From: Phyllosticta citribraziliensis
Lineage: Eukaryota
Assembly: GCF_038025025.1 (NCBI RefSeq)
Contig: NW_027117339.1
Span: 1,550,001 to 1,614,000, forward strand
Direction: 5' to 3'
DNA length: 64,000 nucleotides
The notes beneath the pieces are model-generated. The model searched no databases. It saw nothing but the letters and a program-made list of their open reading frames with translations, and was not told the DNA's origin. This document shows, piece after piece, positions 11,567-23,509 of this stretch (position 1 is its first letter; each line of letters starts with the position of its first letter). The translations under genes and the position numbers were made by a program.

Positions 11567-13616
11567 TGTGGACAAACTGCGCAAGTGCAATTGGCCGAGT
11601 GGTTGTTTCTGGTGAACAAGATGGAGGGAATCAACGATATTTAAAAGCTCACCCCTTCTTCAGGTGTCGCCATTTGCTGCGCCAAATTTTTTGGAGAGGG
11701 ATTGAGGGCGATAAGATACGCGTCTCCCTGTTTGGTCGAAGCACGGGCAGATGGTGATTAAGTACCGACCAAGCATACAGAGTGCCTAGTTAGCGAAGAT
11801 TTGGGGGCAATAAGGCTGGCCTAATCAGCTTGGCAGGCCACACAACTGCTGAGACTAGGTTGGATTTTCAAGAGCGCTGTGTCATGCAGCTAGAGCGGTG
11901 CTAAGCGGCTGGCGTTGAGGGTGTATGCTGTAGGAAGGAGATACGACAGGTGTGGGGTAAGGTGTCCGAGCAGAGATAAGCCGCGGCGACAACCACACGT
12001 TTCTGGGGATGTTGCTCCGCTCAGTATCAGCCGCCCTCCGCATTGCGCAGCCTTGTGTGATGCTCGGGACCATGTACCAGCGGTTAATGGCGGTTGTAGA
12101 AACCCATGCTCTTGACTTTACAAGGCTGACGGCGAGTTTGTACACCGATCGCGGAGACAAGGTCCTCCTGGCAGCCACGAAGAGGCTCTTCGAAGCGTGT
12201 CCGTGCCAGTCCATTGCCTTATCAGGTCAGGCCAAGGTGGCGCGCGGTTTTCAAGGTCCATGGTACGGTCTTTGGTTGGCTTGGTATTGCCGCTCGTTCT
12301 GCTGTCGCCTCGACGCGACCATACTCAACGAGCTGTTGCGCGAGTAAATCGGACATTCGGGAAATATTGCTCACTTTGGCCGGCTTGACAAGCCAGGTCG
12401 ACTGGAAACGTTGGCATGCCTTTCCCTTCGTCCTTGGGTGTCTTTGCCATGGTGAGACGCGATTGGCCGGGTGGTTCCCTTCCTATCTTCCTCCACGTGA
12501 CAACCAACGCAGCCAACCAAAGATCGGTGACGGAACCCGAATCAGACGACTCTCATTGCTGCTGCTTGCGGCCTTGCCAAGGGCTTTCTTCACTTTTTGT
12601 TGGGTTGGGTGACGCGCTCCGAGAGCCCATGGCCGAAGGCTCATGCAGGGACTGGGCAGCAAGTTGACGATTCATACATTTTACAGTGATATCCAAGCTC
12701 TTGTACTGCGATTGGCCAGTCTCCTAGACGTCGGAGCATCTTCATCACGCCTGCCCCTTCTGTACACGGGCTGAACTCCAAGCTGCATGGATTCAAAATG
12801 CAACGGCGGGGCGCAAGCATGTCCAGGCGCAAATTGTCCACTGGCCTCAAGAATCTTGTCATGGCACCACTTCCGGCTTCAGCCCTTGGATTGAACTTGC
12901 TTTTGGCCGACCTTGTCTCCAGACGCTATGCGAGCCAAAAGGCACGCCATCTTCAGACAGCCTTTGGGCTTTCCAGAAGATTCACGAATGGGCATTGGCG
13001 CACGCCAACTCTTTCGACCCATTGACCTCGAGCTCCCGCATGTAGACGGCTGGCAAGCAGCACGGCATTAGCGGCATGGCCGCGGGTCGACGTGTTTGGT
13101 CTCCGCAGACAGTTTAACCGGTACCGAAAAAAGCACCTAGAGTCTCTGAGCTTGGCGAGTGATGGTGTACAGTGGTAGGCGAACGGCAGAAGCCATGGCA
13201 GCGTTTGATGAATGGCCGAGAAGGGGCCATTTCTCGAAGCGCTCTCAAGTGTTCGACTGCGGTCAGGGCCGTATCGCGGGGGTGGGCCGATGGAAGGTTG
13301 CGGCCCGTAAGATGACGACGGAGGCTTCGCTTCAGGCAGCGGGCCCTTTGAATCGAGTCGAAGACATGACGGGCTTGCGCGGCGAGCTTCCACGGTGAGG
13401 AGGGTGAGGGTCAAGGACGAAAGAAGCTTCCAAAATTCCGACGCTTGTCTGTAAATGCCTCAGGCTTAAAAGCCAAGAAATCCGGCAGCCTCACGTGGAG
13501 CGGCCCGAGCTTCGCCCAGCTCTTTGATCCCGTCACTTGACCGCCTGCCTAACTGCAGCATCTGCCAAACAACCTGGAAGACATCGCCAACTTGCGCGCC
13601 TTACACAGCCTTCATC

Positions 13617-14131
13617 ATGGCGTCGCAATTGTTGCCTCTGGGTGAGCCTGAATACGTGCTCTTCGCACAGCAGTGCTGACGACGTCACAGAACTGATTGA
13701 CAAGTGCGTCGGCTCGAAGATTTGGGTCGTGATGAAGGGCGACAAGGGTGAGCTTTGCCAGACTCATGGGTGCCGCTTGTCAACTGACCGCTTTCCAGAA
13801 TTCAGTGGGACGCTGCTTGGCTTCGATGATTATGTTAGTAAGTGGCTGCTTTCCGGGTATCCAAAAGCCTTTGGGACATTGGCTCACATGACCCGCAGAC
13901 ATGGTCCTCGAGGATGTGACGGAATTGTAAGCGTCCTGCGCTCTCGTCTGCGAATCAAGGTGCTGATTGACTGCAACAGCGACTACTCCGGCAACCAGAC
14001 CAAGCTGTCCAAGATTTTACTCAACGGAAACAACATCTGCATGGTGCGCCCCCAGGTGACCTGGACTTCGCCACTGGATGCTGACGTGCATGTAGCTCAT
14101 TCCCGGTGGAGAGGGCCCTACCGGAGCTTGA
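13617..14131 (+). CDS. LSM5: U6 snRNA-associated Sm-like protein Lsm5 (82 aa, 6 exons)
   Basis: Exons 13617-13641, 13691-13747, 13799-13837, 13899-13926, 13980-14043, 14096-14131 give [50 protein letters not shown]...ILLNGNNICMLIPGGEGP. Confidence 0.96.
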
Positions 14132-15039
14132 TCAATCGAGTTCCGCCTCTCTCCTCTTCAAGAGTCGGAAAGTTGATTCATCAATTCGGAAGCCGCCGTT
14201 GCCGAAAGAGAAGCGCAACAGTAGGGCTTCAGGCTGGATATGGGCCAGCACAGCGGTGAAAGCTGCCAATGAATATCAGCGGGCAAGGGAAACTCGATAT
14301 GAATCGGCCCATTACCATGCAGACTGCGCTCTGCTCCCGTCAACCGCTCTGCACAGCGTTAGCGGAAAACAAAATCCCTTGAAATGCAAAAAACTTTCTG
14401 CTGCAACTATGCTGCGTTCAGGCTCAAATGTTCAGCCACTTCAAAGGGCTCACGGACAGGCTCAAATGACCCCTCTCGGATCCCAATTCCCTTTCGAACA
14501 GACATGAGTCCACGCCGTCGAGAAAGCGCGTCGCAACCAAGTCCAAGGCCAACACCGCACAACGAGTGCTCCGCACGAAAAAAGGTGTGGTCAGTGCCCG
14601 GCTCCTCGTCAAGAAGTGAGGTCTTGCATCTCCACAGGCTAGGTCAAAGTCCTGACAAAACCCCCAGGATCATCCTTAAGCTATCATTGCTCCTTTGTAC
14701 TCCCTGGAGGGAGCCAGTGATCTTGTTTTGTACATCTACGACATTCGCGACTGCAGTCCTCTGCCAACTCCTAGAGTCAACCCACACAAGCCATCATTCA
14801 TCGCCAACAAAGAGGGGAAGCTGTGCGCTTGCCCTGGCCCTTCACGGCACGCTCCCCTCACAATGCAGTGGGCGGCTCTTGGAGAGGCGCCACAAATCGC
14901 CTTGAGCCAGTGCCTTGATGAAAGCTTGACTGAATTCCCCCGTTTGGAGCATACATGCATCCCCAAAATGAGGCAATACCAACCACTCGCATTGTTGTAG
15001 GTTAGTCTTCTGCCGGACTATTTATGGCCAAACGCCGTG

Positions 15040-16560
15040 ATGGCCAAATGCGGTAATTCAGGTAAAATCAAACGTCAAACGTCTGAAACTTCCGAAGATT
15101 CTTCGTGTGGACGCGGTCTTCGTTGACACGGTTCCTCAATCGAAGGAAAACTTCCTGAACTTCCCCTAGCTTCCTATAGAGATAGGACATGTCGTCCATC
15201 TACAAGAAGTCTTCATGGGAAGACGCTGGATGTTCATCTTGTTCATCTGGAGGGCGGCACACTCCCGAAGCAGCACACTTGACAAGTTCAAGACGTTCAA
15301 CGCTAGACTATCAGCTTTTATTTCCTCTTTCGGCCATCTACTGCCCGAGGTAGCGCGAAATGACTTGGTCGTTGAACATCTGACTTCAGTATTCAAAAGT
15401 AATTGGTCGAAAGCGGAGAGCGGTAATACAAATTGGTCCTACCATTGAACGTCGAGTTCGCCGGGCGTGCTACAGTGGCCAAAAGCAGTAATGATTGTAG
15501 TGCATTACAACACCAAACGTCTATCTTCCGAAGTGTTAGACAGCTCGTCCCAGAGATAGGACCTAGAGTGTCTTGTTTCTCAACGAGGCCTTCAAGACTT
15601 CTCAAACTTCCAAAGATCTGCAACTTCCCCTTCGACGTTCGCCATTGCTTCTTTAAGGCTATTGCCAGTTTTGACCGCGCAGGACGACCGAAAGCGGTAA
15701 CCTTAGCTGGGCGCAACGTCAAACGTCTATCTTCTGAAGTGTGATAGGCCGACAGCGTCTTATTTCAATGGAAACTTCGTTTAGACGGAACTTTGGAGAC
15801 CTTGGCAAATTCAGAAACTTCAGAGGCTTCAGAAACTTCTCAACAGTGAAATGAAACCCTGTCTCGGCGTACAATAGTACGACTTTTGGCTGATATTGCC
15901 CGATTCGGCCGCACAAGACGATCGAAAGCGGTAATAACATAGATGAGTGCAACATCAAACGTCTGACTTCGGAAGTGCTAACGGGGGATGTTCCTAAAGT
16001 TAGGCCCCAGAGTGTCTTTTTGCAGCGAGGACTTGGTTTGGGCGAAACTCCAGAAACTTCTCAAGGCAGTAAAAACTTCTGTCTCGGCGTACAACGGTAC
16101 AGTCGTGGCTGATATTGCCCCTTTTGGCCGCGCAAAGACGGTCGAAAGCGGTAACAATATTGCTTTTTGCAACATCAAACGTCTAACTTCGGAAGCCTCG
16201 TAACGGTGGTTGGTCCACGACGGTGGTTGATTCAAGATAGAAAGCTGAGAGCGTCTGTCTCCAAGTAAAAGTTCCTTTACAGGAGAAGGAACTCCAGGAA
16301 CTTCCCGGGGATGGAAACATCTCTCTCGATGCATGTTCGTATCGTCTTGAGAAAATTTCCAAAGCCTTGGAAAAGTCTTCCAAAGCCACAAATCTTCTGA
16401 AGGAGCAAATCTTCCGAAGAAACAAATCTTCCAAAGCCACAACGAAACTTCTTCCTCGACGTACGATGTAGAATTTCGTATAGCATTACCGTTTTCGGAC
16501 ACGAGGTGACCGAAAACAGCAACGTTATGAAGCCATCGTCAAACGTCTGGCGCAGAATTT
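15040..16560. repeat. Degenerate ~220-bp-period array with a conserved core GAAAGCGGTAA...CAAACGTCT..ACTTCSGAAG
   Basis: CAAACGTCT at 15076, 15514, 15720, 15956, 16176 and 16540, plus a decayed copy near 15298. Each is preceded ~30 nt upstream by an AAAGCRGYAA-like motif. Confidence 0.8.
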
Positions 16561-19560
16561 CAACTCTCACCTCCCGAAAACTCTCCCTCAACACGCGAAG
16601 TTGAAATCTCCAGTGGAATCGTCGTTTTCAGTCATTCAGCCAACTATTGAGCAGGCGTCACGGCCGCCGCTGATAGGGCGACTGGGAGGTTTCATCCAGC
16701 AGCGCGTGGTGTTTGATTAGAATCACAGCAAGCGGCTGACGAGGCGTGATCGAACATTTCGTCGACGTTGCCGTTGATGGTTGCGGAAGGCGACAGGATT
16801 CAAAGACAAAAAAGCACCGGTGACACTTGCGTGCTGCATTTCTGCGGCGAGAAAATGGTCCACTTCAACGGTAACACTGCAGTCTAGCTGCGTGTGCCTG
16901 TGTGTCAAGACCAGAGGATGCTGCCGCCCATGGTAACTTTTTGAATGTCTCTCGTCAATGTGCGTTGAAAGTAAGACCTTCAGACAGTGGCTGCATGCGG
17001 GGAGCTCATGAGTTGTCATCTTCTGTTGCAGTTGCGCGTAGGGAGCAGTCGTCTGCGACCTCAATTGTGCGTAGGAAGCATTCCTCCGCCACCGTGGCTT
17101 TGTACTGTAGGCATACCCAGAGTTTGACACTTCTGTGGCGTCCCAGACACGGCACGCAACCAGACGACGGGACATTGGACGACGCGTCGCGCGTTGTCCA
17201 ATGAGATCGGAAGAGCTCCGCGCCAATCAGTCGACGGCGGAGGAAAAATGCACAGCTCACTCACCTTGCCTGCTCGGATTCGGTTCGCGCCCAGGCGGCA
17301 GAGTGAGTGACCGGGGCGACAGCTCAGCCTCCGGCAGAGATGGCGCCTACAGGATGCATTCGAGCTCTCGTTGGTCCAGGCACGTTGACAGGCGCAGAGC
17401 GCAGAGCGGGCGACAACGAGCAGTAGACGACGGCGACTCAAACCTCGCCGCGTGTGTGCGATGGCGCTAAGCTCGATACGGCGGCGTGCCTGGGCAGCAT
17501 TTCCGTCGGGACGGACGGTTGCGGAAGCGGGTCGGTCTTTTTCCGTTTTGTGTCTTGCGGCCGTGGTAGCACAGCGCGCGAGGAATGGCATCCCGTCGGC
17601 GACGGCGAGGGGGATTCGGATCAGGGAAGAGCCGTGAGGTAGGCTCCCGTCACGAGCGAGGGTGCGCTCCTGACGGGCTCTTGGCGCGCGGGGGGACCAG
17701 GAAGCTGGCGCGTTGTCGGGTCGCGATCCATGACATCATCATCGTCAGTCGAGTACATCCTGATCCGTGCGTGAAGCTGAGTTGCGGTAGGAGGAGGCAG
17801 TCGTTATATTCGCCGAGGAAGCAAGATTGCTTTTGGCTAATATCGTTACTACCGACGACTGCTGCCGAGCCGGGTCCGCATGCATGCTGGAGGTGGAGAG
17901 AAGGGCCCCGTCGCCTTGATTCCAAATACTTGCTTTGCCATGATGATTTGGATCGGATTTGTAGGCTGGGGCATGGGCAATTCAAGCGTCGATCATGGCC
18001 TGATTGCGCATCTGCTGCGCCGTGTCAAAAAACCAAAAGTTCCTCGTGTTCGCGTGTCCCGAGTCAATAAAGCAGACGACGTGCAGCCCACAAAAAGCAT
18101 CCATGGAACCGCTGGCTGCTGACTGGATGGACCGACTTGCTGGTCAGCGTGAGCAAGGGCAAAGGATGGAGCCAGCCCGGGGCGTCCGTGGACAAAGGCC
18201 AGACTTTGCAAGTCCGATTCCTTGCACGACCAGACCAGACCAGACGGCCTGATTGTCAGCAAGGCCGACGAGCGATGAGCTGAGAGCGCGACCATTTGTC
18301 TCGCGCGCCGGCAGGCGTAGCTGGAGCGGTGTGGGCTTTTTTTTTTCTTTCTTTTTTTCCCCCCCTCCCTTCTGTTTCTTGCGTGAAGTCCGGTTGTAGA
18401 GGAGCTTGGACACCAAGAAGCCCCATGCGTGAAAAGTGATAGGGCGGGTCGCAGGCTAAGAAGACGCATCCCAAGATGGAGGTCGACGGGCATTTTCGCA
18501 AAGTGCGGTGGACTTGTCAACATTGATCATGTTGCATGCCACGTTTCACAAGGCGAGTTTCACATTCGACAGATGGCACTGGTTTACAGGTAGAAGACTT
18601 GGAGTGAGGTCGGTGGATGATTTGCACGCACTGTCCAGCTGTTCTCTCTTGAATCATGGATCGCCAATCAAGATTGGGCATGGGCCAGAATTTTGCTCTA
18701 ATGGACGACGACGGTTGGTCGGGGTCGAAATTGGTCAACCTTGATTGTGGACAAAGAGGATGTGGGCGGACGGGGCTATTTTTGGGTGGTGGATGGACGG
18801 AGTTGGCCAGAACGATCGGGCCGCGACTTGTTCTCTGATGTTGTGCGGAGGCAACTCCTAGCAGACAGGAGGGCGGGAAACGATGACGAGGTGGAGGTGG
18901 TCGAGGGTAAAGCGAAGGGGAGATCCCGTTCGGCTCCGCAGCGTTGGGATGGCGAATGGTGCGACGAGGAGAAACAAACAACCTGACCTCCGCTGACGGC
19001 CTCGACCCGGCTGACCGGCAATGACGCATCTCACTGCCGTGGGTGGGCGATGAGAGGCCATGTGCCCAACGGGCGGACGGGCGGCATTCCAGAAGATATG
19101 TACATGTAATGTAATGTAGCTTGAGGATTGCAGACTTCGTTCCGTATGCGGACGAGGCCAGGCATCCCAGCGTGTATGTAATTCAGGCCATGTTCTGGAC
19201 CGCAGCGCCGCACGCCCAGCCCAGCCATCGCTCACGTCTCTTCGTGCGACGACGCTGACTTCTCTCTACGACGAGCACGAGTCCCAGCCCAGCCAAGCCC
19301 TCTGTCGATCTGCAAGTCGAGACCGCTGGCCAAGCCCAAGCCTGCCTCTCCTGCTCTGCTCCATCTCGACGACCTCTTACTCGCCCTCAAAGCCCATTCA
19401 CTCACTTCTCTCACACATTCCTTTGCCCACCCCACCCCCCTTGCGCCCCCCCCGAGAAAAAACCCTGCCGCCTGTTTGCTTCCAGTCCACCCCGTCCTCC
19501 TCAACCAACACACTCTCTCCTTCGCGTGTCCCCGCCCGCCAACTGGCGCTGCTTCTTCTG

Positions 19561-19603
<43 letters not shown>

Positions 19604-19604
19604 C
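19561..19604. repeat. (CTGC)11 microsatellite upstream of the histidine kinase
   Basis: Perfect tetranucleotide run read directly from the sequence. Confidence 0.95.
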
Positions 19605-19822
19605 CCTGCCGCCGCCGACTCCGCTGCTCCCGCTCTGTCCCCCGTCGATTCTGTCCGCACCGTACCGTAACATCTCGTCTGACCTCGTCTCCGTCGCGCC
19701 GCACGTGCCAACCACCTCCACGGCACCGCTCCTGCACTGCTCGCTGCATGTCACAACTCTTGCGCCGCTCCTGGTCCACCTTTCGTCGCTGTCCGTAGCC
19801 TGGGCCTCTCCTCTGATCGAGA

Positions 19823-22606
19823 ATGAGCGATGGTGTCCCGGCGGCGCCCGACGAGCCCCAGGGCTTCATCGACCGCGACTCGCTATGCTTCGCTTGTCCC
19901 CAGCCCGGCCTGGTCTTGCACTCTGGCCAACAAGGCTTCCGCCAAGGCTTGTCCCAGCTCTTCGACGCTGCCGAGAGCAATGCTACCGAGCAACTGGTCA
20001 AGCTGAAGGATCGCCTGCGCCAAATCAAGACCGAGGATTTCTTTTGCCTGCTCGCCGAAGGCTTGGCCACCATCGCCGGCGCACAGTACGCCTTTATCTC
20101 AAAACGAATCCTGGTCGACGATCAAAATGTCGCCGTCGAAATGCCCCCCATCGGAGAGCCTGGCTCCTGCCTCATGGCCGTCGGCTTCTACATCAACGAC
20201 GGCCACCAAATCAAGCAGTCCATCAAGAATTTCAAATACCACGCCTGGTCGTGTCCGTGTGCCTACATGAAACACGACAAGATCTTTGTCGTTCCTGAGA
20301 AACTCGATCACTTTCTTGAGACCAACGCCAACGACCTTCCGATCCCTGTCGAGGCGTACCTTGGAGTTCCGCTGTGGGCTGAGGGAAAGTGCTTTGCCCA
20401 TTTTGGTGTCATGTGGTCCCCCGAAGGCGCCGCCAAGAGAAACTTGCGCTGGGGTTATCTCGAAATGCTTTTCCATTCTCTCGAAGACATGATTTTGGAC
20501 CGAATCTTGGACGGTGTCAGAATGGCCGGCGAGAGCCCAACGCCCTCGCAAAAATCCCCCGAAATTCGACCTACCAAAGTGGTTCCTCACGAGGCCGTCA
20601 CCGTGGCCCAGTCATTGAAGCCATATGCGCGGAGTCTCTCGCATGAACTGCGCACTCCTATGCAAGGTGTCGTTGGCATGCTGGACGTCATGTACGCTAC
20701 CGTTCAGGAGGCCGTCGAAGGCCACGGAGATGGAGCGCTCCGCGAAGTGTTTCAAAACCTCAAAGAAAACATTGAAATGGTTCAAGGTATGTCTTTTGCC
20801 CGCTTGGCAGGGACAACAAGGCTGACGTTTATCAGACAGTTCGAGGCGAGCAGTCGAGGCCGCCGACAACGTGGTCCATGCGTATGATATGAACATGGGA
20901 GTACCCGAGTCACCCACATCATCACTTGGCGATGGGGAGAGCAACAACGAGTCGGATACGAAGCCAGACATTGTCGTTGCAGGGAACCAAATGACTCTTG
21001 GGCTCCAGAGGCACAAGCGGAGAAGAGAAAGCAACTCGTGGGAGGTTGGCAATAGCCCCAAGCAACAAGCAACGGAAGAGGCGTGGACGTCGCTGCGAAA
21101 TTTGGACGATTCGACAACATCTCGCGGTAGAAGGCGAAAAAGACACAGCGACCTGGCCTCGATTGCAAGCGCTGGTAGCAATGCATCGGACGACAAGGCC
21201 GCAACCCCACGAAAAACCACACCAATGCCAAATTTTGCCTCGGAAAGCACAGTCGCCCCGGGTCTCCGGCATACGTGCGTTCGCGACGTTATTCAATATG
21301 TCATCAACGACTCTCTCAAGCTGGGTGGACGCCCGGAATCGGCCGTAGCCAAGGAGACGGAGGGTGGAGAGGTCATCGAAGTACTTATGAATAGTCCAAG
21401 TGGATCGCCAAGGATAAAGACGATAGAATGGTTTGTAGAGCAGAGTATTCCTCAAACAATTCTTAGTAGGTCCCCTCGCATGCTCGTTTGCCTTTTTGCT
21501 AACGCTGGACAGTCGATGAGCGAGACTTGGCCAAGATGATTTCCTGTGTGTTTTTGAATGCTCTCAAATTCACCGACGAGGGAAGGATCCGCCTCCACGC
21601 CAGGCTCAACATTACCCCAAGACACAAGTACATCGTGCTCAGAGTGGAAGATGAGGGGACCGGCATTCCAGCGGATTTCCTGGCGCACTTGTTCAAGCCA
21701 TTTTCGAGAGAAGATGATTCGTTAACACGTCGGAGCGAGGGGCTGGGACTCGGTCTCCTGGTGGCGCGGGGTCTGGCCCGTAAGCTTGGTGGCGACATTC
21801 ATTGCGTAAGGTCGGATACCAGCGGACCAAATAGAGGATCCGAATTTGAAATGCGAATTCCGATCACTCCTGGTGATCCAGTTAGCCGTTCTGGTACCCC
21901 GTTGTCGTCGAGGTCTCCGTCTCTGCGGCCTAGGAAACCCCATGGCGAAGCAAACCCCCCAGAAAAATCGAGAGCCCCCAGCCCAATGGTACCACCAGGT
22001 AAAGGACCCTGTGTGGCAGATTCTCCCCAGGAACACGTCGAGTCCGTGTCGCCAAAGAGCGACCCCGTGAGAGATGCCCGTCCGCCAAGACCAAAGGCTG
22101 CTAGAAGCAGACGGACATCGATCAAAACGATATCATTTGACCGAGAGCTTGCCATGCGGCACCCGCTTAACATCCTTGTTGCCGATGACAACATGATCAA
22201 CCGCAAGCTGCTCGTCAACATGCTGCAGAAACTGGGGTACAGAAACATCCGCCAGGCCTACAATGGAGTCGACGTGCTGCGTCAAATGGCCGTTGCTCGG
22301 GAACACGAAGAGCATGTGGACGTAATATTGATGGATTTGTGGATGCCATTGATGGACGGGGCACAGGCTGCACGGCATATTCTGTCGACGCAAGAGCTGG
22401 GAATCAAGAGCCCGACGATCCTGGCCGTGACGGCAGACGTGACGGAAAGGGCCATGAAGGAAGCAGCGGAATCCGGCATGAAGGGCCTCATGACGAAGCC
22501 TTTTAAGCTCCAGGACCTTGAAAAGCTCATTGTGGAGTACTGCACCCGTGCAGAGCACGAATCCACGCTCGGCGACGACGAAGACGAGGCCATTGGCGCC
22601 GTGTGA
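19823..22606 (+). CDS. Hybrid sensor histidine kinase (N-terminal GAF-like sensor, HisKA, HATPase, receiver), ~895 aa
   Basis: Exons 19823-20786, 20836-21465, 21513-22606. H-box LSHELRTPMQGVVGMLD, N-box FLNALKFT, G1 EDEGTGI, G2 GLGLGL. Receiver motifs ILVADDNMIN, ILMDLWMPLMDG and TKPF. Confidence 0.94.
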
Positions 22607-23509
22607 AGTGGACCACAGAGGCTGCGCCGGCAAGCGTTGGCGAAGACGACGTCGGTTTAAGAGTCAGGCACGCAACAGAAGAGCAGCGGAGCACGAGACC
22701 CTGGCCCAAGACAGCTGGAGCCCGTGGGGTCACCATCGCAAGGCACAAGATCGACCGAGCAATCTACATAATACTGTTTCCCTTCTTGTGTACAAAGTGG
22801 ATAGCATAGCGGCTGGATCGGCGGCATCCTTTTCTTTTTCTTTTCTTTTTCCGATTATCCTTTTCTTCCTCCCTATTATTTTCTCCTGTTCGTATGTTGG
22901 GGAGGTTTGCGGAAACCTGGCGTTCAAGCGGACAAGATTTGGAATTGATGAGACAGGTCCTACTGGGTGGGCATTCCTGTTGTATGCATGGGACGGATGA
23001 GACATGGGGTGCAATCGGAGGTTCTTGGGATTGAGCCGGGCAAGCAACGGCGACAAATCAATCGACGGCGGATCAAATGTAGAGCGACGAATCAAACGTG
23101 TGCAGGTGATGAACATGATCAATGACACACTTCTTTGTCCTCCAATGATACAGATATGATTTCGCGGCAAGGTTGCCAAGCGGCCGAAGATGCGGGCAGG
23201 ACTGGCGCCGGATTCGACCAAGCCAGGACCTGCATGCCGCCAGAGCTTCAAGAGTGGTGAGGATTCGACTTTTCAGAACATGGTGACGGCTGACTGTGTT
23301 TGGTCTGGCCCCGTGGTCGATACGTTCTAGCTTGTTCCGAATTGAAATCTGTCCTCTTCGCTCGGGTTCCTGAAGACCCCAGTCGCCTATACATCATCGC
23401 CCCAGAAGCTTGGTCCGCCCAAAGCACGTCCGCCCAGCTGTGCTACCGTACCTTTACGCCGCGCTCTTCCTTGCGCTGCACTTCTGCACCCTCTCTAAAC
23501 CACCGCATC

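Noticed and set aside
11880..13420. Possible decayed gene between the permease and LSM5
   Set aside because: Coding-like patches exist, but I could build no consistent frame or splice model.
15433..16203. Short ORFs sharing GPRVS and KRLxSE peptides as a repeat protein
   Set aside because: The similarity follows from the DNA repeat. Indels between units break the frame, and no splice model joins them.
15040..16560. CRISPR array interpretation of the repeat-spacer pattern
   Set aside because: The context is eukaryotic with no cas genes. The repeats are degenerate, and the ~170-bp spacers are partly homologous to each other.
19423..20298. 291-aa alternative-frame ORF overlapping the histidine kinase
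   Set aside because: Produced by the GC-rich leader, the microsatellite and codon bias of the real gene.
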